DNA of 64,000 nt from contig NC_043000.1 of assembly GCF_006345805.1 (NCBI RefSeq), forward strand, positions 137,330,001-137,394,000, written 5' to 3'. The position numbers were made by a program, and so were the translations under genes. Of the stretch, positions 53,927 through 64,000 are shown piece by piece (position 1 is the first letter of the stretch; each line of letters begins with the position of its first letter). The notes beneath the pieces are model-generated. The model was not told where the DNA came from and did not search any database. It was given only the letters and a program-made list of their open reading frames with translations. This DNA comes from Octopus sinensis. Lineage: Eukaryota.

Positions 53927-54310
53927 TGTGTGTGTGTGTGTGTGTGCATGTTTGTGTGTCTGTGTTTGTCCCCACCATCATCGCTTGACGTTCTGAGTTC
54001 AAATAACGCCGAGGTCGACTTTGCCTTTCATCCTTTCGGGGTCGATTAAATAAGTACCAGTTACACACTGGGGTTGATATAATCGACTGAATCCGTTTGT
54101 CCTCTCTGTGTTTAGTCCCTTGTGGGTAGTAAAGAAATAGAAATAGGTATTCCGTCTGTCTATACCTTCTGAGTTCAAATTCCGCCGAGGTCGACTTTAC
54201 CTTTCATCCGTTCGGTATCGATAAATGAAGTACCAGTTTCGTACTCGAGTCGATCTAATCGACTGGCCCTCTCCCTCAAAATTTCGGCCTTTGTACCTAG
54301 AACAGAAAAG
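53716..54310 (+). mobile_element. SINE A head and microsatellite joined to two 5'-truncated SINE C units
   Basis: Family A to CATCGCTTGAC (about 53989), then GTTCTGAGTTCAAAT..CCGAGGTCGACTTTGCCTTTCATCC at 53990 and again at 54167. Confidence 0.8.
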
Positions 54311-54627
54311 AATATTACATAACCATTTTATAAGTATTTTGTAGGCATTTTATAACGTGACATTCTTTGCTGGAAACTCGCCGTATACTGGCAGCTGATG
54401 ACTCGCGGACCAACAATTTGAGGAGCAATGAAGTAGAAGATACTTCCCTAAGGTGCTGCACAGTGAGACTGAACCTGGGATTCACGTATTTGAGAAGCAA
54501 ATATATGACAACACAGCTATGAATGCACCTAAACCAGTTTGATTCGGTTGGTTTAAGTAATAATATAAGGTAACTAAATGTGTTGAGTGCCCTTTCTTTC
54601 GTTTGTCCGCATATATGTATATGCTTG

Positions 54628-54672
<45 letters not shown>

Positions 54673-54781
54673 GTGTGTATGTGTGTATGTATTCATTGTT
54701 TCTGTTCTTGTGACTCGCCCGGCGCCCGACAACCGGAGTCGGTGTGTTTACGTCCCCGCAGCTTAGCAGTTCGGATACATA

Positions 54782-54850
<69 letters not shown>

Positions 54851-56127
54851 TTTCATTCATAGGCATGTGTATATAAATATAAAAGTGTGTGTGTACCTTT
54901 GTGTCCCGGAAGCGTTCTCAATTTGTATTTCATATACATATATTCGATTGATGTTCCAAAATTACGTCGTACGATAGACATCTGCAAACGCTTGCTTTTA
55001 AAGAGTAATCATCAGGAAAAACATCTCCAATGGGAATCTATAAGCAGTAAAGAATTATCTTCACTACGAGTGTAAATTACGTTTTGTTTCATTGCGAATC
55101 ACATAATGGAGAGACAATTGATTTAATGCGGCTTTCAGATAATTTGAAGCAAAAATCCATTGGTATAAACGTATTGGCAAGTGATAAATTCGATTTTCGG
55201 CCACATCTCATTTGTTTCTGAGAGAAAGAGCAGAATATACTGTACAGAAAAATACTACTAGGGACATTGGCAACGATTAATATTTCATCTCTATTGTCTA
55301 AAGCAATGTTAATTATATGCGAGAACTTCCTTCGAAGATTCAACGTAGTTTTGAATGTTGTAATATTAATACCATCAAGGTAGTCATAACTTTCAACAGA
55401 GACAGAAAACTGACATGGTTTGAAAGGCTAAGTAAATCAATTGAGTCGAATTTAATTATAACCGAAGCATAAAAAGCTGTTTCAATGTGAACAAGATTTG
55501 AACTTAGATTGTAAAAAGGTTTAATTAGTTAGAATATATTTTGATCACTGCTAGACCAGTCCTGGTAATCCACCACCTTTTATAGACATATGATAAGGAT
55601 GACAGCAGATACGTTCGTCATTTGCGCTGTAATATTAAATTAACAACCAGTACATCCATAATCATTTTACTTGATCATAGATGTCAGATAAGTGCAGGAA
55701 ACATATCTGTTACAGAAAATATCGACTGAAATTCAAGTCATTCACTACGCATAACAATATCAAACAAACAAAAACTATAAAGTACGACCCTATTTAAATG
55801 CCTGAAGATCAGAGTCGTAAATTCGCAAGAGGGATCGAACTAGCTAATATAAAAAAAAGTGATATACTTATGCTCATGCTTGCTCATGTCTTTTCATGTT
55901 CACTTTAATCATCCTATAGGTTTTCTGTAATTTCTATCCTCTTTGAATCTGTAATGAATCTCTTCAGAAAATGGTCGAAATACTTTTCCCTATTCTACCA
56001 ATAATAAAAACGTGCGCCTACTGATTTATACCAATTGATGGTTCACGTGGTACTATATCAACAGTTGCTATATCTGTCAGCTGAGACGCAACTTCAAATT
56101 TGCACGCACAATATGGCTGTAAATATA

Positions 56128-56325
56128 CTGCTGCTGCTGCTACTACTACTACTGCTACTACTACTACTACTACAACTACTTCCACCACTACTAGTACCAC
56201 TACCACTACTACTGCTACTACTACTACAACTACTTCCACCACTACTAGTACCACTACCACTACCACTACTTCTACTACTACTACTAGCAGTGTCACCAGC
56301 ACCACCGCTACTACCACCCCCACCG
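56128..56325. repeat. (CTA/CCA)n low-complexity repeat
   Basis: Trinucleotide array with an internal duplicated block. Confidence 0.9.
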
Positions 56326-56581
56326 CCGACCCCGGGACTTATTCTTTTGTAAGCCCAGCACTTAGTCTATCGGTCTACAAGAAAATAGTGTACATTCAAC
56401 ACGTTCAGGTAAACGTGAATGTAGAAAGATGCTCACTGCACTCATCGTCTTTGAAAACAAATTTTCCGTTAGTTTTCTTAATTAGAAAACATATCGAGTT
56501 GGGCTCAGAATGACCGAGCAAAGGCTCAGCACACGTCAGCAAATGTATTTTTCGCAGTAAATACACAACAACGGGAATATA

Positions 56582-56991
56582 TACTCTTTTACTCTTTTAC
56601 TTGTTTCAGTCATTTGACTGCAGCCATGCTGGAACATCACCTTTAGTCAAGCAAATCGACTCCAGGACTTATTCTTTGTAAGCCTAGTACTTAATCTATC
56701 AGTCTCTTTTGCCGAACAGCTAAGTTACGGGGACATAAACACACCAGCATCGGTTGTCAAGCGAGGCTGGGGGGACAAACACAGACACACAAACATATAC
56801 ACACACATATATATATACACATATATTCGACGGGATTCTTTCAGTTTCCGTCAACCAAATCCACTCACACGGCTTTGGTCAGCCCGAGGCAATAGTAGAA
56901 GACACCTGCCCAAGGTGCCACGCAGTGGGACTGAATCCGGAACCATATGGTTGGTAAGCAAGCTACTTACCACACATCCACTCCTGCGCCT
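56582..56991 (-). mobile_element. SINE family A, full length
   Basis: (ACTCTTTT)n tail to CACTCCTGCGCC head. Confidence 0.9.
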
Positions 56992-57009
56992 ATATATTTA
57001 TTTATTTAT

Positions 57010-57251
57010 GCACCCATTTGAAGCCTATCCAGGCTCATGGGAGGGTTTCCCGGTTTCTATGAAGTATGTGTTCCCTCTAGCTGGACGGGACGCCAGTCCA
57101 TCGCAGCGTTACTCAAGAAACAGGAAGAAAGAGTGAGAGAAAGTTGGGACGAAAGAGTACAACGGGGCTCACCACGACCCCCTGCCTGAACCTCGTGGAG
57201 CGTTAGGCTCCCCAGTCCGATACCCTAACCACTGGGCAATTGCGCCTCCAC
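57010..57251 (-). mobile_element. SINE family B, internally deleted, tail type 3
   Basis: CCCTAACCACTGGGCAATTGCGCCTCC head and GAGTGAGAGAAAGTTG shared; distinct 3' part with GGACGCCAGTCCATCGCAG. Confidence 0.7.
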
Positions 57252-57310
<59 letters not shown>

Positions 57311-57508
57311 TAAATTAGAGATAAAACCACTATTAGGCAAATCAAACAGTGAAAAACATAAGAAAATACATAAAATGAATATAAAAATATAAAAGTTAAA
57401 AATAAAAAAAAATGATTTTTAACTTTTATATTTTTAAATTAATTTTATGTATTGGCTTATGTTTTTCACTGTTTGACTTGCCTAATAGTTGTTTTATCTC
57501 TAATTTAA
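57311..57508. repeat. Fold-back inverted repeat, arms about 95 bp, inside (TA)n
   Basis: TAAATTAGAGATAAAACCACTATTAGGCAAATCAAACAGTGAAAAAC mirrored by GTTTTTCACTGTTTGACTTGCCTAATAGTTGTTTTATCTCTAATTTA. Confidence 0.9.
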
Positions 57509-57601
57509 TATAATATAATATAATATATTTATACTATAAAATTGGATTTAATCCTAAATCTAATTTTTCCCTGTAAGTTTGGATTTATTCCCTAATATTA
57601 T

Positions 57602-57636
<35 letters not shown>

Positions 57637-60085
57637 TATGTATATATGCATATGCATATTTAGTTGCAGTAATCTGCATTCGGATAATTTTCGACTAACA
57701 TGACTTGACCCTGACGCAGAAGCCTGTTCAATATCTACGTATTGCTTCTCAGTCTTGTGGTTATAGCTAGCATTGTATATTCATCAATGTATTCTGTATC
57801 TCGTCTTCCATTTAGGTTGATTCTATATTCTCTTCTTCCCTCTATTCTCGTTGGGACTTAATAGCTATTTCATAGCTATTTGGTATATGATCAAACAGGA
57901 AATACATTCGAAAGTTAAAGAAATTTAGTTATTGATATATTTAATAAATGAGAAGCATCATTACTTTCGTTACAAACATAACGGAGAAGGCAATCTGTTG
58001 ATAGATAGTTGATGGTCATTTCATGTAACACAACAGTACTCAGATATGTTTAACAACAACATTGATATGTAAGTTAATACTTACTCTCTGTAACATACAC
58101 TAGATAATGAGGAATTATTAGTTTGATCCTTGTGCCAAGATGGAACTTATTTTATCAACGCAGAAAGTTTGAAAGACAAGATCGACTCAGAACGAAATAT
58201 GACGTAACTAAATTGTGCAATAACTCATTCCGTCGCTGGAACATTTACGCTAATCCATCACTGCAGACACACCAGGATAGGAAAATAAAACAAAGAATTT
58301 AAAACAATAACAGAATTTTACGAAACTTATTTCATTGCAGTCGATGTTAATCCATTATTTCCGAGGTTAATTCATTTCTTTCCGACAAACTATATATAAA
58401 TCATTATGCTTTATATCCTGCCAACATTTTAAAAACTCACACCCATACATATAAACATATATGCAGCATCGTATATATATATGTATGTATAAACATAATA
58501 TTCACTAACAAAATTACGAATACAGAAACGCGTATACAGACTTTCAGACACAGAAGAAGTATGTGAGTGTTTGAGAGTATGCTTGCGTGTGCCTGCGTGT
58601 ATATGTGATGTATGTGTGTGTGTGTGCACCATTTATGTATGCAATTGCTTCTACACGTATATCTATATATACATTTGTCATTCGGTATGCCGGCTCTTTA
58701 TATTAACTACATTTTCCCATTTTTCCTCCTGCTCTTCTCTCTCTCCCTCCCTACCTCCCTCTCTCTCTCTTATATATGTATGTATATATACACACACATA
58801 TTCATATAAACACACATGCACTCACATAGACGTATGTGTTTGACGAGTGTGACATTTTACAACCTTGTCATATTCTAATTAATAATCCGATGATTTATGA
58901 ACATTATGCTACATCAAAAGGTTTCTCGACGCAATTTCAGATTCTTTATAAAAGATCGAAATATATTTCCGTTTACAAGAATTGCATTAACTTTTGAGAC
59001 AGAAAAAAAAAAGCAGAAAAAAAAACAACAACAACATCTTTCTGAATAATTGCATTCCTTATCATATTGAACCCAATGTGTGTAATTGAACAAATATCGA
59101 ACTCAGAATTAAGAACCATAGTTTTATCACGATCGAACCAATAGTTTAGTGAATAATCAGTATAAAATTACTTCCTATTGATACAGCTTGTTTGGATGGA
59201 AGAAATGTAATCAATTCTGAAATTGTCTAGCAAAATCGTAGCTCGCCGTCATAATAAAAATACTGAACTCATAGCCAATGTTTCAATAATTGATTATTCC
59301 TTCCACGGCGTTATGTTACTGCTAAGGTAAAGACAACAGTCTCGCTGATTTATTCCACTCAAATGTAGATAGGTGCAATCGGTATGTTTATCTCATTGCT
59401 TTAATTGCACTGCATAATTTTCTACTATTAATGTAGGACTCATTTATCTGAAGAGTGCTGATTTCAAATCTCCTTATGAAATATGTGTTAGGTTACACGC
59501 ATTCTTTGGAGGGTAGCTGTATTAAGCGGATGCAAGAATCGTTGACAACAGAAGAATATAAAACACAACTGTTTCAATTACGTAATCTGAGAGTGATTCT
59601 AATGCAGTATATACATACACACGCACATAAACATACACACACAAACACAAACATACATATACGCACACACACACAAACGCATCCCCCACACATATACGGC
59701 ATTGGAGGTAGTATATATCTATACATTTAGTTAGATAGATAGACAGATACATAATAAGTAGATACAATGAGAGAAGGGAGAAGCGGGTTTTAAAATGGAA
59801 GTAAGGTATCTAGTCATACATGCAGGCAGGGAGGCGAAAGTCAAAGAATGAAGGTGGTTTCGCAGCAGAGTAAGAAAAGTACGAGAATAAATAGAAAGAG
59901 GTAGGTAGAAATGGAGAAAAAGCAGGACAGATTAGTAGCAATCACAAGGGGGAGGTAATGCTAAATAATTCCGCTTGAGGATGATGCTGGTAGGGGTGGG
60001 GAAGATATATGAGAGTGGGGTGGCAGTAAAGAAGAATGTACTAGGTGGGAGGAATGTGCAATATCAATCAATCAATCAATCAAGC

Positions 60086-60116
<31 letters not shown>

Positions 60117-60129
60117 CTATCTATTTATC

Positions 60130-60207
<78 letters not shown>

Positions 60208-60210
<3 letters not shown>

Positions 60211-61418
60211 TCTATTGCCCTTAATCGCACTCTAATTTTTCCAAAGAGATACCCTAATCCAAGTGTGAGGGAGATGAAATTGATACTTTCTGCCCGTAAG
60301 ACTATTATCGAATTTGATAAATTATGGCCGATTAAAGATACACCAGACCTCTTTAATATTACAATGGGATCGCCAGACTCAGCGGAAGTGACAGACCTGG
60401 TAGGTCTATATAACTTAGATAATGTAGGTAGAGAGTTTCCTGAATTAACCGGAGGTCTATATAGGTATGACGCACTATTCTTAGTTAAGAAGCTTTCAAA
60501 TAGACGCTTTGAAATGCTTTAAAAGCGATTACATAAATTCTTTAATAAGTTTGGCGTATCCGTAATCATAGAAAACGAAAACTATTCTATAAACTATTTA
60601 GATGCAAATTGTAACTTAAATACCGGACTCCATGAGCCTTATATGAAAGAAAACTCCTACATTAAGATATATACACGATTCTAATAACCATCTCCTGCAA
60701 ATAGAAAAAGTCCTACTACTAAATATAAGTAAAATAATTTCAAACCCATCTTCTAATGAAGACATATTTAATAAACATAAGGAAAAATAAAATATAGCCC
60801 TAAAAATGCAGGATATAAAGATAAAATTAAATACCTCCCTAATAATATTAACTATGGTATCCAGGATAGAGTAACTACCTCCAACCCACAAAATTTAGAC
60901 AAATATAATACTACCAAAGATAAATATAAAATATAAATAAATATAAAAATAACAATAATAAAAAAGAAATATAAAAATATGATAAGACAACCCATAAAAG
61001 ATAATAATAGACATAACAACAACAATAATAATAACAATAATAAAATCATTAGTAATAATAGTAAAAAGTATAACAAAAATACTATTATTACATATAAAAA
61101 TAAAAATAAGAATAATAACAGAGTCATTACACATAATAAGTAACCCTAATAAGGGAAATAATGAAATCGATACACTGTGACTAATGAGCCCTTTCGCTAC
61201 GCAAATCAAGAATGACATAGTAAAAACAACTTTTAGTTCAATTAAGAGACATTTTACAAATGGAAAAACACAAATATTGGGCGATAATCAATAACAAAAC
61301 AATAAGGATAAGATACAGTATAACACATAACCTAGCAACCATCATCTCCTCAATTAACAATAGAAAACTGGACACCTTGTATCTAAGTAGAAAAAATAAT
61401 AGAAGTAATACAAATAAC

Positions 61419-61482
<64 letters not shown>

Positions 61483-61865
61483 TTAATAATAATAATAATA
61501 AGACTAAAACAATACCTGTTGTCATGGTGCCCTGGGAATGATAGCGAAAGGGGCTGATTGCTACCTAACTCAGATACCAGGAAACCCCAAAATGGCAGAA
61601 ATTCAAAAGATAGTGCTCATGGGAACTGCTCATATACTACGCAAAATACTCTCTATGTAATCTCAAGGTTTAAAACATTTTTTTTTTCTTTTTTTAAATT
61701 AAAAAAAAAATTATTTATTAGACATTCACTAGTACAACCCCCCCCCCACAAATATATGGCACACTAGGCATAACAACAACGTGAACTTCCAACCTGTCGT
61801 CTCTTGAGGTCTCTGGGTGAGACTTGGAGCCAACTTGTACAAACATAAAGCAAAAGTCAAATATA

Positions 61866-61945
<80 letters not shown>

Positions 61946-62480
61946 TTAATGATCATAACAGTATAAGCAATAACAACATTATTGGGATCGACAAAAGCCA
62001 CAGAACTAATAATATAATACCTGTCAGCCCCAATAACATAAACCCCACGAAGCCACACAGAACATGTGATTGTAGAATAAGTGGTAATTGTGTATTTAAA
62101 AATAACTGCATTTGAAAGGAGGTAGTGTATCAATGTATAGTAAATACCCAATATGACAGCAAGGTATATGTGGGTACGACAAAAAACAATTTGAAACAGA
62201 GGCTTAATTACCATAACTATACATTTAAAAAAAAATAGGAGGAATTCTACAAGTTTAAGTAGCGATAGATGGTAACTTAAGGATCGGAGAATTAACTAAT
62301 TTAAATTGGAAAATATTAGCAAACGCACCAGCGTATAATATTAGAAATGAAAAATGTATGTTATGTATTAATGAAATTTTCTTTATAATTGGGGCTAAAA
62401 TTCCGTTTATTAACACATTTAAGGAATTCAGCGCCTCCTGTCTTCATAAAACTGCGAACACCTTTTCCAAATACCACTAG
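60208..62480 (+). mobile_element. Penelope-like retroelement (Hydra-like), 5'-truncated and decayed: RT, linker, C-terminal GIY-YIG
   Basis: FNITMGSPDSAEVTDLVGLY..GLYRYD; HKYWAIINNKTIRIRYS..NL..IISSINNRKL; CDCRISGNCVFKNNC; VVYQCIV..VYVGTT..KQRLNYH; KCMLCINE..CLH. Confidence 0.82.
61500..61866 (+). mobile_element. 5'-truncated Dong/R4-like element (subfamily 2) nested in the PLE (AAT)n tract
   Basis: Near-identical to 40045-40453; flanked by (AAT)n on both sides. Confidence 0.82.
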
Positions 62481-62958
62481 CACTTAGTATTAAGAAAACC
62501 CTATCGACATAATAATAATTATTATTCGAGTTATTATTGATGTTATACTGTATTATATAATATATGAAAATTATGCAGGTATATAAAAGAGGGTATATAT
62601 TAAGTTAGCTATAATTATATGCCTGTATGTATATATGTATATATGACTAAATACTACTATTGTTGCTACAATTTATATTAATATATATGGGTATGTGTGT
62701 ATATGTGAATCTATGTGCACGCACTTGTATATATATATATATTTATATATATATATATATATTTATATATGCACACACATATATATAGGTTTGGGTATGT
62801 GCGTTTGTGTTTTTTGTTGAAACCTTCAAGAAATAGACATTGACTAGCTTATAATTTACATTATATTACACCCACAAGTATATAATGTAATAGCATTATC
62901 TACACTTTGGACTTAATCATGGTTTTATATAAGCTAGTATGTATATAGTTATGTGTGG

Positions 62959-62996
<38 letters not shown>

Positions 62997-63819
62997 TTGT
63001 ATATATATATATATATATATATATTGTACATACATATATTTGTATATATATACAGGCATTGATATGCAACCCCATTACAGAACTAATAAATAAATAAATT
63101 GATTGATTGATTGAATATTGGACGTAAATATTTGAGTATATTATCATTATTCTAATTCTTGATTTTAATAACCTGGAGTTATCTCCCTTCATTCTACTTA
63201 TGACTTAAGCGCACCACATCCTCAACACCACTTAAATATAACATTAAAAGGAATCAATTGAATAAATAGACGGATAAATATTTTAAAGGGCTGAATGTCT
63301 GATTGGTTCATTAATTAAGTGTCTCAACACTATTACATAGAGCCTTGCATTTGAGGCATTTTGTCAGATAAAATAGATTTTAAACATAATTTTAGCGATA
63401 AATAACAATTTAGTAACATGCAGGTATATACAAAAGAGAGTATATGAGGATATATATCGAGTCGCTTCATTAATTAACTAAACACTGTTGCATGGAGCAT
63501 TGCAATTAATGTATTTTATCGGAGAATATATTTCAAACATAATTTTAGCGATAAATAACAACTTAGGGAAACAACTTCTACGGTCACTTTTGGTCTGTTG
63601 TTTCTTATTTGGATTTGGTCCGAATAACTTCCAACATATACTTTTAACACTGTATTACCCATATGGTTTAGTAAATATACAAATGATTCCCATAATTAGA
63701 CAAATACATGTTATTATATAGGGTTTTTTAAAAAAAAACTTTGTAAAACTTTATCTTTCATATGCAGTCTATTAAAATCACACCCCTTTAGTAATATCAC
63801 TTTAACCTAAAATACTAAT

Positions 63820-64000
63820 AGATCGCCATGTTGATTCGCTAGCTTCTGCACGCATTTTTTTCTCTCCTTGTTTCTCTCCGTGTTTCTTTTCTGTGTATCT
63901 TTTTGTTGAAGAGCGTAGGCTCGAAACGTAAAAGACTTGTTTTATTTATATTCCTGAGCGCCATACTAATAAAATTGTTTGTTTGTATTCCACCTGCCTT
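63820..64000 (+). mobile_element. PLE terminal repeat (family of 41505-41725) with hammerhead-like motif at 63898-63935
   Basis: UCUUU-UUGUUGA-A-GAGC-GUAG-GCUC-GAA-ACGU-A-AAAGA; runs off window end. Confidence 0.65.

Noticed and set aside
56100-56513. Thr-rich mucin-like ORF
   Set aside because: Produced by a (CTA)n repeat and runs into a SINE fragment; no signal peptide or splice context
59448-59492. CUGAAGA...GAAA pair
   Set aside because: No credible stem I and only wobble-rich stems II and III; likely chance
189-63721. Numerous ORFs rich in YI, CV, HT, LSIY or poly-L/Y/I
   Set aside because: Translations of (TA)n, (CA)n, (ATCT)n, (ATAC)n and (AAT)n microsatellites or of SINEs; not genes
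1-64000. CRISPR array or prokaryotic operon
   Set aside because: No repeat-spacer array or gene-dense coding; the sequence is eukaryotic repeat-rich DNA

Overview
AT-rich eukaryotic intronic or intergenic DNA. The SINE families, microsatellite load and 5S sequence suggest a cephalopod such as Octopus; this is an inference. No intact host protein-coding gene is recognisable, and most ORFs in the supplied track are microsatellite artefacts. The window is a layered transposon graveyard. It holds many copies of three tRNA-type SINE families, decayed Tc1/mariner elements (rosa DD41D, Tc1, two mariners, two MITEs), a Chapaev3-like fragment and a CR1/L2-type RT fragment. It also holds three 5'-truncated Dong/R4-like retroelements, all sitting in (AAT)n tracts, several Penelope-like elements (PLEs; Neptune-like and Hydra-like) and a 5S rRNA pseudogene. 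The main hidden signal is a set of minimal type I hammerhead ribozyme (HHR) motifs read directly from the sequence: three with canonical cores (8483-8574 -, 44246-44317 +, 53521-53565 -), two related core variants tied to a PLE 3' end, and several decayed ones. Most lie in short ORF-less cassettes bounded by (TA)n. Also notable are a near-perfect 104-bp-arm palindrome present twice, several fold-back repeats, and two ~1 kb local duplications that may be assembly artefacts. Boundaries of decayed elements are approximate.
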